From NCBI GenBank assembly GCA_040285855.1, contig JAUFOQ010000013.1:1922001-1986000 (forward strand): DNA of 64,000 bases, given 5' to 3'. Each line of letters opens with the position of its first letter. Position 1 is the stretch's first letter. Below the pieces are notes generated by a model. It was not told where the DNA came from and made no database searches. It was given only the letters and a program-made list of their open reading frames with translations. This document shows positions 49,090 to 61,292 of the stretch, piece after piece. The translations under genes and the position numbers were made by a program. This DNA comes from Eukaryota sp. GEM-RC1. Its lineage: Eukaryota.

Positions 49090-50675
49090 ATGTCTATACT
49101 TGTCGGGGCTGTTTTCCGTAATCGGTGGACCATTACGGATAAACTTGGACAAGGTGCCTTCGGTGAGATCTTTGCTGCAACCGACCTGTATACTAGAGAT
49201 CGAGTCGCTATAAAACTCGAGAAAAACTCATCTTCGTCTAAAGGAGTTCTTAAGCTTGAAGTAGCTATTCTCAAGAAACTCCAAGGATGTCCTTTCATTG
49301 CAAAATACTACACATGCGGACGTTCTGACGACTTCAACTATGTCGTTATGGAGTTACTTGGAGACAATCTGTCTGACCTTAGAAGGCGGCAGGCCAATGG
49401 ATACTTTTCTCTTGCTACTGTTGCCCAAATCGGTATCCAGATGACATCCTCTCTCGAAATTCTCCATGAACATGGCTACATCCATCGTGATGTAAAGCCT
49501 AGTAATTTCGCTATTGGCCATCGACCTGCAACTTCTGGACATCTGTTTATTATAGATTTTGGTTTAGCCCGTCGTTTTCGTGAATCTGATGGCAGTATCC
49601 GTCCTGCAAGGAAAACTGCTGGGTTTCGAGGTACTGCTCGCTATGCGTCCATACACTCTCATAGATCAGACGATCTCTCTCGTCGTGATGACTTTTGGTC
49701 CCTTTTCTATGTCTTAGTTGAACTTTCAACTGGCTCCCTGCCTTGGAAAAGACTTCGTGATCGCGAAACCATTGGTAATATGAAGCAGAAATACCCAGCT
49801 AAGCAGCTTCTTCATGGTCTACCTGACTCCTTTAGAGAACTCCTGGCCCACATTGAAAGCTTAACCTATGCCTCTCGTCCAAACTATCACCTCATACACA
49901 AGATCCTTCACAATCTGTTAGCTACTTACATGCTCAAGCACAACTTAGCTTCTCTACCTAGTCTCGATTGGCAACCATCAACTGCCACTAATCCCCCCTA
50001 CTTACTTTATCCTCCGAAAAAAAGAATGGAATGTGTGCATGATATTGATGATGAATCTCCTGCTCACCAGAGTTTCTATCTTAAAACTAGAACTTCTGAC
50101 CGTATGATTGCTCTTGTTTCTCCCGGATCTGAATCTCAAAACAGCTTTCAAGGTCAGATATCAGAATCTCATTCACAAGGATTAAAAGAACCAAGCAGTA
50201 AATTAGAAGATTCTCTATCGGTAGAACTCTTGCGCAGTCCTTCAAAACAAAACGTCAGATTGGCACGTCATCACAAAAGTCCTCAACATTGGTCTCAAGC
50301 CGAGTTGTTACCAATCTCGTATAGAAGTTCAAGTTTAGCATTAATTCCTGGTGTTAGTGCTAAAATACAAGATGAAAAACCGTCTTCAGAAGAAACTGAA
50401 GATCCACCAAAAGCCAAAGGGAAAGTGGAAGAATTAAACAATTTTATTGACAAAATCGATATAGAAGAGGTGTCAAAAGTCAAGATGAATCTGAAAATCC
50501 TGAACGATCTGAACCAGATTCTGATGATATGTCGGTACAAAATGTTCTTCAAGGTCTGAAGGATTCCCCATCACTATTGGAATTAAAGGGAGTGCCAAAA
50601 GATAAATCACAAACAAATGTAAGAAGACCGGTGTCAAATGAATTTGTTGAATCCTCTTGTTGTTCTATTCTGTGA
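49090..50675 (+). CDS. Casein kinase 1 family (TTBK-like) kinase; tail shifted by 1 nt near 50478, ending CCSIL
   Basis: LGQGAFG, VAIK, HRDVKPSN, IDFG, FRGTARYAS and SRRDD motifs; one extra A restores an acidic tail ending at TGA 50673-50675. Confidence 0.9.
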
Positions 50676-50729
50676 ATTTCTCTAAAGTCTTTAACAAATT
50701 ACTAAGACTCTCTGTTGTTGCTTCGTTTT

Positions 50730-51662
50730 TTACTTGTTCGAAAGCGATTTGCACTTCAACAGGTAGTTGCCTCTTTCCTTTTGAGGTATATGATTGATAT
50801 CTGATGTATTAGTGTTTTTTTCAAGCATTTGTTTAGGTTTTTTGAAAGTGTTTGTTTTGTATATGCTGGGTTCAGGTACTGCTTCGAAGGGTTTAAAAGA
50901 TGGTGTTTCATAAATTACTTCATTCTCGTTTGTTTGTTCTTCAAAACTGACAGGTGTGTTCAAAGAGGAAAGTGCGGCTGTTAATCGTTCACGTGAGCTC
51001 TTTGATAACGAGTTGACGTCATCAGGGTTGCCCAGAACCGAAGTTAAATGAACTGTGGCAGTGTTGATCATTGTACTTTTCAGGACCAAGGAATCTGTAA
51101 GCTGTTTGTTCTTGGTTTTATAACTAGAAAGTAACGAAGAAGATGGATTTTGACTTCTTTTTTTCGAATTTTTAAGTGGTATTGATTTTTTCGAGGACAT
51201 AGATGGTTGGTCACTGTTTTGCGTAAGCAGAATTCGATTATCTTTTTTTGGTTTTACTTGATAATTAGATAATAATCCTCTCTTTTTAAGTACATCTGAC
51301 ACAACATTAATGAAACTCTGTTGATGTTTAGCTAGTTTAATAGGAGAAAGATCACGTGATAGATCTGTGACTGATGCCAACTCTTCTACAGCAGCATAGT
51401 AAAAGACCTTTCTGAAGGCTTTAGCATTTGATTCGCGTTGAAAACTGTCAGTTTGCCGACGAAGTTCCTCAAGGGTAGAATCTTGTCGAGTTTGAAGCAG
51501 ATCAGAAAGTCTATGGTTATCGAAGTGAGACAAGAGAGATCCCAGTATTAAAGAGTGTGCTTCAAAGGTGTTGTCCAAAAAGGACGAAAAGCTAAGATTT
51601 GAAAGAGATGGAATTTTTGTAAGGGCATGGTGAACAGATGCATTGTTATGACTAGAGCTCAT
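50730..51662 (-). CDS. Hypothetical protein, 310 aa
   Basis: Long ATG-initiated ORF in a gene island; no recognisable motif. Confidence 0.7.
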   Translation of the reverse strand: MSSSHNNASVHHALTKIPSLSNLSFSSFLDNTFEAHSLILGSLLSHFDNHRLSDLLQTRQDSTLEELRRQTDSFQRESNAKAFRKVFYYAAVEELASVTDLSRDLSPIKLAKHQQSFINVVSDVLKKRGLLSNYQVKPKKDNRILLTQNSDQPSMSSKKSIPLKNSKKRSQNPSSSLLSSYKTKNKQLTDSLVLKSTMINTATVHLTSVLGNPDDVNSLSKSSRERLTAALSSLNTPVSFEEQTNENEVIYETPSFKPFEAVPEPSIYKTNTFKKPKQMLEKNTNTSDINHIPQKERGNYLLKCKSLSNK

Positions 51663-51751
51663 TGAATTGGTAAGTCTATGCTGGTGAAAGCATACATTAA
51701 GTAGTAAAGTCTTGGTTAATTGAAAAGTACTCCATCTGATACCATAAGTAT

Positions 51752-52816
51752 ATGAGCAATTACCATCACTGCACTGTCTGTGACTGTAATGTTCAACTGC
51801 ACGACGTTGCTGCTCATTTAAAAGGTCAACGACATAACACTAATCTAAAACTTCAGGGCCTTCCTGAAGAATCTCTTTCTGTCACATCATCTCTGGGGAA
51901 GATTCACGACACTGTACCTCAAAGCTGGGAAACTGTACGAAAGTCAAAACAGTCCACTTGTTTTGTGTGTAAATCTACCAATCTAGACCTCAATCATGAT
52001 CATGACCGGGCTAACCCCTTATGTGTTGTTTGTGTCCAAAAGTGTGATAAATGCTCCCGTGTTTTCAAAGGCTCCCATCACAACGCTGTAAATCATTATA
52101 AAAGTCTAATTCATAAAACTCAGTCCACTAATGGGAAGATGGCTTTCAGGGAAGATGGCTTTCACAAGTGTGAAGTTTGTAATGTCATAATGGCCATGAA
52201 AGATAAGCCGATACACGAAACCGGAAGGAAACACATTCTTGCTGTTCACAAAGTTTCCAACCCAGACTTCTCCCCTTTCAAGAGAGTCACATGATGGCTC
52301 TGAAGTTGAAAGTCAATTGCAATCATTTTCAATTGATGATGGCAGTCATGCCAACAATGGTGACGTGATCAAGGAAGATGACGTGTCCGACGATTCCCCG
52401 CCTCCAGGGCTTAGTGATTTTAAATCTGAAAAAAAGGACAACTTTTTTCAAAGGAATTCACTGGAAAAATTGAAGATGACGTGATTCTGGAAGATATGGC
52501 CGACAGCACTCAAGTTCCTGAAAAGACTTCTTCAGAATTCCTTTCTTACGCTGAACATTGTTTTGATTATCTTCAACAAGATTCATTGAAGAAATCTGTT
52601 GAAACTGAAATGATTCGAAAACTTTTGATTGAACATTATTCAATGATGTCAAAGTACTTCTCCTTGAAAGAACGAGTATTGAAGGACGGAAGAGTTGAAG
52701 GGAAAAAGTTGGCCTTTAAGGATTCAAAGTCAAATCCAGCAGTTGATCAACCTTCACTTTTTGCCAGGCAGTTTCCTTTTGCTGGTGATTTATTTAAATT
52801 TTCTGACGACGAGTAG
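51752..52816 (+). CDS. Matrin/U1-type C2H2 zinc-finger protein, two apparent frameshifts
   Basis: CTVC..HLKGQRH, CDKC..HYKSLIH and CEVC..HETGRKH motifs; three overlapping ORFs. Confidence 0.7.
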
Positions 52817-53539
52817 CATTGGCACTTGAACAGAATTATATTCTTTATAATTTTTATTTTTTCATTACTGTTGATATTCATTATTTTAGGTCAATTCAAA
52901 TGGTTGTTGACTGATGGTTGTTCCTAGATTCCTTCAAAATTCATCAGTAACTATATATAGTAACTGATCGCGTGATAGTGAGTGGAGTTCAAACTTTGGT
53001 CAAAAATGACGAAAAATTAATTAATTTCATTAATCCTACAATCCATGTTTGGTTTCTTTTCTTTCAATTTTTGATAAATCCTCTGTTGATTCATAAATTT
53101 AGAATATTTCATCACCTATTGTAGATTAAGAGAATAACGTAGAGTATTTTCGCCACTTTTTGTTGGCATTGTAGTCTATTGTGGTACAACATTGAGAAAT
53201 ACATTCAAGTCGAACAATACCGAGGGAAATACAAGGGTTCGAAGTTTTCTAGGTTTTTGCAGAAAAACACGTACACACGCCGTGTTCTTTTTGCGTGTTA
53301 TTTTGCGTGTTTTTGAAAAGACACATGTGTCCACGTGTGTCTTCTAACACTGCACTGGACACAGAAAATTCCTGTGATTCCAAATATTTTCAAGATTCAC
53401 AAGTAGCAGCTATATTGATACTAGGTTCCATGACGTGATTCCTACTTGTGATTCACTTCAATGATGACGTGATTGCTACTTGTCCTGGTCACATCACCAG
53501 TACCACTTCTTATACCACTTCTTATACCACTTAGTGTGG

Positions 53540-54655
53540 TTTTAATGGAAAGATTGTTGATGGTTCTGTATAGATTAATGGAATTGTGTGTGCTCTTTAT
53601 AAATGTAATCCCAAGTATTCAAATATAATTTCCTGTTGATATCATAGAAATTCCATGTCGAAACTTTTTGTCTTTAAAGTTTGCTATAAAAAAGCTACAA
53701 AATCATTGATTAAAATATTTTGAAAGTTTAGATTTTACAGTCCGTCTAAGCTTGGCCAAGGAAAAAAATCCAGCTTTCGCTAATTTTTTTAATTGATTTA
53801 AAAGAGAGTTCTGGTGGCATTAATTAATCAAATTCCACAAGTATATGGTTTATTATTAAACGATCATCAATGGACCACTACAATGAGACTTCGTTGTGAT
53901 TTATGACCACATAATTTGCCAAATGATCTTCAATGTAGCTGTGGAAAACAGCTAACGTTTTCTCATCTGTTAAGTTGTAATCACTACATAACTTATCGAA
54001 CGTGTATGCATGATGCTGTAAGAGATCAAATACATCCTATGTGTAAGTCTTACAAAATTGAGTCATTTGTTGAACCACTTCTAAGATCTTTAGAACCAAA
54101 TACTAATTGTAATGTCGAAAAACAGAACCAATTGTTTGGTAAACGGAGAGCAGATGTTGTTGTCCCTTCTTCTGCAGACAAATTGTTTGTTGTTGATGTA
54201 GTGTCAGTGGATGTTTGTAAAAAGACATCTTTAGAGAGCGTTTACTCTGACACTTCCCGTTTAGATATTTCTGAACAAGCCAAGCAGGATAAGTACAAGA
54301 AACCATTGATGGCTTTAAAACATGTAAAACATGTAAACCATGTTGAATGCGAATTATGCCCTTTGCTGTTTCAATTTATGGACATTTAGGAAAAAGTGCA
54401 TTGAATTTTTTGAACGATTTCGGAAAAATCGTTAAAAATAGGATGAACAAACGTTTTGATCATATACTAGTATTATGGTTGAATCGGATCGTTTTTACTG
54501 TTTTTAAAACAATTCCACTAATCATCTTCAAAGCTTTATTAGCAGTGAGTTCCTTTTATGAGGACAAAGCTGTTGTAAGATTTGATAGCGACGGGTGCTT
54601 TTTTAATGATATCAAATTCTAGTTGTTTGATCTATTACATTTATAATAAATAAAA
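53540..54655 (+). mobile_element. CRE-like non-LTR fragment (family 4; CCHC plus RLE plus 3' end)
   Basis: CSCG..HLLSC..HDAVRD, RADV..VVDV, EQAK..KY and PFAVSIYG motifs; 5' boundary approximate. Confidence 0.85.
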
Positions 54656-54822
54656 CGTTAAGATTAAAAATTATTCAAATTCCATATATACCAAGTTGTG
54701 TAGCGACAATTCTTGTGTTGATGAGGAGAATTTAACTTCTTACATTTTCTGAAAAAATTCGTATGTACTAGTACATGTATTAATTTATTGTTGCAAATTC
54801 ACTCTTTAATGCTAATTTATTT

Positions 54823-56360
54823 GTAGTGTTACGAGAAACGTTCCAAAATTTGTCTGGAAACGTTTCCGAAACGCGGTTTTGTGTGTTCAAATCTCATATC
54901 TTCCTAAAACCACTTCTCTCTTCCAAAATTTCCAAAATGTCAACTCTCTCTCGCTATTTTGTAGTTTGTCTTGACGACACTGTCGAAGGTGAAGTCGTTC
55001 AGATTGCAGACAGCGATGACTCTTCGTCACTTTTCTCTCCCAGTGGACGAAAAAAAGACTCTAAAGTTACTTGTTTAAAATGTGGACACGGTCCCTTCGT
55101 TGGAAGTGCGCAGCGAATGAAACAACATCTATATGGAATTGCTGGCATTAAAGCATGTACCAATCCGCCCACTGATCTGCCTCCACTCCCAAGAAAGCGA
55201 CAATCTCTTGCAAAATCTACTTTTCCCGCAACATCCCCTCCCCAAAAGAAGACAGGCCCTCTAGACCAATTGTTTGACATCAAAGGCAAGAATGATCTTG
55301 ATACCACGATTTCTGCGTTCTTTTACAGACATGGAATTCCATTTAATGTTGCCCGCTCTGCCGAGTATCACGATATGGTACAAGCTCTAATCAATTATCG
55401 ACTTTCATACGTGCCTCCATCGTATGACGAATTACGAACAACTTTATTGGAAGCAATGTGTTTCTCGCTTCAGCAGCGTCTTTCTTCTTTTTTAGCAAAT
55501 ATTTATGAAACCGGTTGCTCCCTTGTGTTAGATGGGTGGACTGATCCTTGTGGTCGACCACTTGTGAATTTTATAATTGTGACACCTGATGGCGCAATGT
55601 TTTACGATTGTATTAATACTTTCGGTAAATCTTAAGACGGAAAGGCTATTTTTCTAGAAATTCAAAAAGTTATTGACAGAATAAACCCAGCTTACATCAC
55701 TAATGTTGTCACTGACAATGCTGGGCCAATGGTCAGTGCTGGTAGACTAATTGAAAAGAACTATCCTCGAATTGTATGGACTCGCTGCCATTCGCACTGT
55801 GTAGATCTACTTCTGGAGGATCTACAGAAGATGGAGCCCATTAAGACAATCATTTCTGATTCTAGAAAGCTGGTACAGTTCATTAAAAACCAGTCATCAG
55901 TATATGCTATTTTCAAAAAAAATTCTCCAAATAAGACATTTTTGACTCCCGCTGCTACAAGATTTGCGACAAATTACATTCTTGTGAAAAGGATGAATAC
56001 TCTTATTGTTCCAATCAAGGCGCTTTTTGACTGTGAAGAATTCAAATTATGGGAAAGAAGACAGACGAAGACGAAGCGTAATGACGTAGCATCAATGCAA
56101 ATAATTGTGGATAATAGAAATTTTTGGAATCAAGTATCTGACCTTTTAGAAGCGACTGAGCCGTTAATGGACTTGCTAAATTTTGTAAACGGTGACAAAC
56201 CTCCTGCGGGACAGTTGTATGTCAAATGTCGTGACATTTACAGTCATTTGCAGAACATAGACCCAAGATTATTGTGTAACAAGTTGTGAATTTAGGTTGT
56301 CTCTTGTATTATCAGGCCAATTAATATTGTCTGTAGTACACACCTTTGAGCAAAGCAACG
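54823..56360 (+). mobile_element. 3'-truncated hAT of a different subfamily, with one in-frame stop at 55633
   Basis: TAGTGTT end; BED finger CLKC..HL..C, LDGWTD, VTDNA, CHSH and TRFAT motifs. Confidence 0.88.
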
Positions 56361-56364
56361 AGCT

Positions 56365-57660
56365 AGAATTACAAACGTCGATAGACATAACATCAGCAAT
56401 ACTGAAAGATCCATCGAGACCAGGAAGTATGACGTCACCACGGCTATTTCTAAATGATTTGTCAACATCTGTATCATCAACCAAACCAGACAGAACTGGT
56501 TCTAAAAAGGAAACTATTCCATAAGATTTTTTCACATACAATATAATTGATCCCTTACTGAATCATGAACCTTACTTCTAAAAAGAAATAAAACGGTTAC
56601 AATTCAATAAATGTGTAGGTGTTACAGATCAGGGATGCGAAAAAATATATTGTTATTTTATTTATTGCAATAAATATTAAAAATATATTTATTGTTGGTC
56701 AAAACAATAACAATATATTTATTGTGAGTCCCAGCAATATACAATAATATTGCAAATATTATTGTTTATTGTGGCAATATTTTTCATCGCTAAAATCATC
56801 CATTTGTTTGATGTTATATCCAATTTTGCATCCATTTTTGAAGTAACTAAGGTGCGTTGTGGGTGCAGTAGTCCTCTGACGAACTTTCGCTTTAGTAAAA
56901 AACAACCTAGACACAAAAATAATAGAGTATACTATTTGTTTACGTCAAATTGTTGACTGTTTATCTTTTGAACTGATGTAGTTCAACAAAGTCTAATAAA
57001 CGGCAATCAAGAACTGATGACCGTATGTCCCACACAAAAGTCCTGACATTTTCCAAACGCTTTGCTAGTGGTATGTCACATACCACTAGCAGAGCGTTTG
57101 AAAAATGTCACTGATTCTCATTAATCCAAATCTCACTTCATTGATTTTAACAGGTCCATCCAAGCAAGTCGAAGGACTTTTTAGTCGTGCTAACGTGACT
57201 GCTGAAACCCTTCGTACAAGACTACACACATCAAGTCTGGAAAAACAACTTTTATTGATGTATAACTCTAATCTATGGTGAAGATACTGTTCGCAAAAGT
57301 TTTAATACTAACCCTTGACTTGGTTGTTGGACAATGAAGGAGATTTTAAACGGATGATGACGAACAAACCACAACAAAATGAGTCAGCGGATTGCGCAAA
57401 AATATTGCCAATAAATTTATTTATTTATTTCCAAACTTGACAATAACAATATATTTATTGTTGGCCAGAACAATAACAATATATTTATTTTCGTCGTGAA
57501 CAATAATTTATTTAAATAAATATATTTTTTCGCATCCCTGTTACAGATTGCCCACATTGGCATTTCAAATTATGTGGAAGGTTATCAGGCCAAATAAATG
57601 ACTGTAAACGCATGTATAATGACCAAGAAAAAGACCATAAACTTGAGGATTTGTAAAAAA
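56365..57660 (-). mobile_element. CRE-like family 3 fragment split by a hAT
   Basis: CQCGQSVT (57541-57570) continues as PTHLLNC (56600-56621); RGDV..ADV motifs. Confidence 0.85.
56630..57540 (+). mobile_element. Non-autonomous hAT, 911 bp
   Basis: TIR CAGGGATGCGAAAAAA; 8-bp TSD TTACAGAT at 56622-56629 and 57541-57548; LFSRAN..RTRL dimerisation-domain remnant. Confidence 0.92.
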
Positions 57661-57696
57661 CTGAATTCTAAAGAACCGTTTTATTCATCTAAATGA

Positions 57697-59460
57697 CTAA
57701 AAGTCAAGAATATCTATACCTTCAAATTCAGTTCCGTCGTGTAATTGCCCAGTAATCTTGAAAACGATTAAAGAATTCGTTTTGATACACTTACAAATCT
57801 TGGATCTCAAGAAGTTGAATGTCAAGTCTTCAAATTCATCTGCTTCTTCGTCACTACATTGGTCAGCAGCTGAAGCATAGAGTTCGTCTTGTGGATGATA
57901 ATAAGGAGAAGCAACAGAGGAAGTTACAGGATAAACTTTCCAAGGAGTTGTACAGAAAGTGAAATCTTCAGAGTATAGAATATCATCGAACTTACCTGGA
58001 ACGTGAGGTCCATCGCGAATCCACAGCTTCAAAGATGAGGTATCAATATCCTCCACATCAAACTTCTTCGTGCCTAGAATTGAGGCACTGACGACACCTC
58101 CCAACCACAAGTTCTTGCAAGATAATCTATTGGGACAAACTCCGGGTCTGATATCAAAGAAGACTCGAAGAGGACGTTCAGGAGGGCAATCATCAACTTT
58201 AGCACAGATCTCCTCACATTTTTCAAAGTAACAGTTTTTAAAACAGCGAATTCTTTTACGATAACACTTGTTTGATTCTTCAAACATGCATTTCTTAGTA
58301 CAATACCTAATACACTTTTCACATTCATGTTCTTTAGAAGGAGGTGCAGTATGAGGGCATTTAGGAGTTGGTAGAGGCATTGGGTGTTTCTTACATTCAC
58401 AGTCAACAAATCCACATCTAGGATCTGCTAGTAAGTGATTCTTGGCGAGTAGAGTTTTGTACCAGTCTGGACATTTGACGATTGATTCGTCAGAGCAAAA
58501 CCATCTGATTTCAAAGAGCTCGTGATCAATGGCAAGAGTTTGGAAGAGTTTCATGAATTCACCTGCAGGGAAAGGAATTCTGGTGCATTGAGCATGGATT
58601 TCTTTTAAAAATTTCCAATCAGAAACTTTACAGAGAGGTAATTCCTTGAAAAGATTGTTGTCTAAGTACAAGAACTGCAGATTCTTCAGTCTACACAGGT
58701 TTGGAAGCGGTGATCGGAGATGGTTCTTGGAAACTCGAAGGTGCTGAAGAGATTCTTCCAAAAGTTCAATACTTTTTGGCAAGAATCCAAAGAGAGAATT
58801 GTCTTCAACTCCAATAGTACGAATACCAGAAAGACAACCAACAGCAGGATGCAAAACCCCCCACAAGTTATTATCAGCAAGGAAGAGGTGTCTAATCTCC
58901 GTCTTATCTTCACAGTCTACACCATACCACTTGCACACGTCATGGTCGGAAAGCCAGTAGTCCTTGTTGTGCCATAGTTCCCCACGAGCAGCAAAGAAAA
59001 TGGCCGCCAACATGTCATGGTCTTGGTAGTGGACACATTTGATAGGGATTGGGTGGACAACAACTTCAGGAATATCAACAGTTTTACCGTGGATGCACAC
59101 TCTGCTTCGTTTGGAATCCACCAAAGACAGATACTTGTGATCACATAGAAGAGCAATTTCGACTTCAAACACTTCAGATGTAGAACTAGATTTCTCCACA
59201 AGGGTAGTTCCGTCCTTCCTTTCAGTGATGACAGCAGAATGGGCCTTGAGCACACGAGCACATGGCAAGAATACCAATTGATAAACGACCTCAACATCGG
59301 TAGGTGCTTCCTTGAAGGAGAAGATTATGGAATGGCGATTGTCTTCTTTTGGGTTGTAGATGTCCATTTCCTTATCATGTGCTACATTTACGGTATACAT
59401 GTAGTCATGAGAGGCAAAAGCAACTGACAGCAGGAACAAGAACAGGTATACCAGTCTCAT
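57697..59460 (-). CDS. Secreted LRR protein, 587 aa, with a Cys-rich linker and a distinct C-terminal module
   Basis: Hydrophobic signal peptide; W....VCKWYGVDC N-cap; LxLxxNxLxG repeats. Confidence 0.9.
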   Translation of the reverse strand: MRLVYLFLFLLSVAFASHDYMYTVNVAHDKEMDIYNPKEDNRHSIIFSFKEAPTDVEVVYQLVFLPCARVLKAHSAVITERKDGTTLVEKSSSTSEVFEVEIALLCDHKYLSLVDSKRSRVCIHGKTVDIPEVVVHPIPIKCVHYQDHDMLAAIFFAARGELWHNKDYWLSDHDVCKWYGVDCEDKTEIRHLFLADNNLWGVLHPAVGCLSGIRTIGVEDNSLFGFLPKSIELLEESLQHLRVSKNHLRSPLPNLCRLKNLQFLYLDNNLFKELPLCKVSDWKFLKEIHAQCTRIPFPAGEFMKLFQTLAIDHELFEIRWFCSDESIVKCPDWYKTLLAKNHLLADPRCGFVDCECKKHPMPLPTPKCPHTAPPSKEHECEKCIRYCTKKCMFEESNKCYRKRIRCFKNCYFEKCEEICAKVDDCPPERPLRVFFDIRPGVCPNRLSCKNLWLGGVVSASILGTKKFDVEDIDTSSLKLWIRDGPHVPGKFDDILYSEDFTFCTTPWKVYPVTSSVASPYYHPQDELYASAADQCSDEEADEFEDLTFNFLRSKICKCIKTNSLIVFKITGQLHDGTEFEGIDILDF

Positions 59461-59810
59461 TTAGGTAGAAAAGTGTTACAAGAGAAGAACTTGTGTAGAA
59501 GAACACTCACAGTAGACATGTCTACAGTTGTATACATTTCTGAAAAAGACAAGAAACAAAGAAAAAGAATTGCTTAACTGAAGCATGACGCAACGTTGCA
59601 TCAACACAAGCAGAATTCTCAAGAAATTGAACTAGTTTCAGGCTAAGTCAACTCAGTTGCCATAAGGTCAGGTCAAGATGTCTGGTCTCGGGTCAAAGGT
59701 CAGGTCAAGATAGGGTCAAGACTTTGACCTGACCTGTGACCTGATATCTTTCAATAGCCTTACAAATTCAGTCTAAAAAAAGGTTGCCATCAGACCAAAA
59801 TTCTCCTCAC

Positions 59811-61147
59811 ATGAACTCGTCAGATTGCATTAAGCTCGAACAACAATATTCCTTTCAAAACTATCATCCTCTCCCTGTTGTCTTAGATAAAGGTGATGGC
59901 GCTGTGGTTTGGGATGTTGAAGGAAAGAAATACAGTATGTATCCATAGTTATCTTCTTATCCCAGTCGATTGTCTTTCTGGTTATTCCTCCTTGAATCAA
60001 GGTCATTGTCATCCCAAAATTGTTAAGGCATTGGTCGATCAAGCTAATGAATTGGCTTTAACCTCCAGAGCTTTCTACAACTCCTCTTTCGGTCCTTTCT
60101 GTAAGTTTATGTGTGAATACTTTGGATATGAAAGATTGTTGATGTGTAACGGTAAGTTTTTATTTCTAATCTTGATTAACATTAGGTGGTGTTGAAGCAG
60201 TTGAAGGAGCCATCAAAACTGCTCGCCGATGGGGGTATAGAATTAAGAATATTCCTCAAAACGAAGCCGTTGTTGTTACCGCTAAGAACAACTTCCATGG
60301 TAGAACTGTTTCAGTCATCAGTTTCTCCAACGATGATGACGCTACCAGTGATTTTGGTCCATTTGTTCCAGGATTCATGTCAGTTGAATATGATGACATT
60401 GAAGAACTCACTAAGTTATTCGAGGAACATGGTTCAAAGATTTGTGCCTTCTTGTTAGAACCTATTCAAGGAGAAGCAGGTGTTTATGTTCCCAACGAAA
60501 ACTATCTCAATGAGGTCCGCAGATTGTGTACTGAGCACAATATCTTGATGATTGTTGATGAGATTCAAACCGGAGTTGGTCGATGTGGTAAGCTACTTGC
60601 ATCAGACTACGGTGTTGCAAACGGAAAAGCTGACATGATTTTGTTGGGAAAAGCTATCTCTGGAGGTATGTACCCAATTAGTGCCGTTCTAGCTTCTAAT
60701 GAGGTTGCTTCTGTTATCACCCCTGGAAGTCATGGATCAACCTATGGAGGTAATCCTCTTGCTTGTGCTGTAGCAAAGGCTGCTTTAGAAGTCATTCGTG
60801 ACGATAAGCTCACTGAAAAGGCATTTGAAGATGGAAACTTCTTTAGAACCAAATTAGCCGAAATTCAAAGCCACCACCCCAATGTGATCAAATCTTTCAG
60901 AGGCAAAGGTCTTTTGAATGCCATTATTATTGAGCCTCTTGCAAACGGTAATGGTGCTTGGGAATTCTGCCTTCTCATGGCTAAGCATGGAGTTCTTGCT
61001 AAACCTACTCATGGAACTATTGTACGTCTTGCACCTCCATTAGTTATTTCTCAGGAAGATCTTGAGAAAATCTTGGATGTATTTGAAATTGTTTGTAAGG
61101 AGATTCAAACTACAAACAAGGAAGATATTCCTGGATTTGGACTTTAG
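59811..61147 (+). CDS. OAT: Ornithine aminotransferase, 3 exons (59811-59934, 59966-60151, 60186-61147)
   Basis: NYHPLPVV, YSSLNQGHCHPKI, NFHGRT, EPIQGEAG, DEIQTG, LGKAISGG and HGSTYGGNPL motifs; GT-AG introns of 31 and 34 nt restore the frame. Confidence 0.95.
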
Positions 61148-61292
61148 TTTATTGTCCTAGTACTTTCCCCCAACTATGTATAAAGTTGTATTTGTTTATG
61201 AGTTGATTTTGTTGTACGAATATAGTACTTGGTAAATCTAGAGTGGGTGGTCAGCCTGATTTATCCGGTTTATCAGCAGGCTGAACCAAACA

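Noticed and set aside
53405..53532. Short duplications (ATGACGTGATT.CTACTTGT x2, TACCACTTCTTA x3) as a regulatory array
   Set aside because: They look like local slippage in TE debris with no adjacent gene
55633..55635. Stop-codon reassignment suggested by an in-frame TAA
   Set aside because: Host genes contain no in-frame stops and end in TAA, TAG or TGA; the stop lies in a truncated TE
25386..56360. Fanzor/TnpB cargo within the DNA transposons
   Set aside because: No ORF with RuvC-like D..E..D plus zinc-ribbon motifs was seen in any TIR-bounded element
58074..59427. Alternative-frame and antisense ORFs overlapping host genes
   Set aside because: Shadow ORFs of well-supported genes with no motifs
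61230..61290. Hairpin CAGCCTG...CAGGCTG as a ribozyme or terminator
   Set aside because: Short stem with no HDV or hammerhead core motifs recognisable
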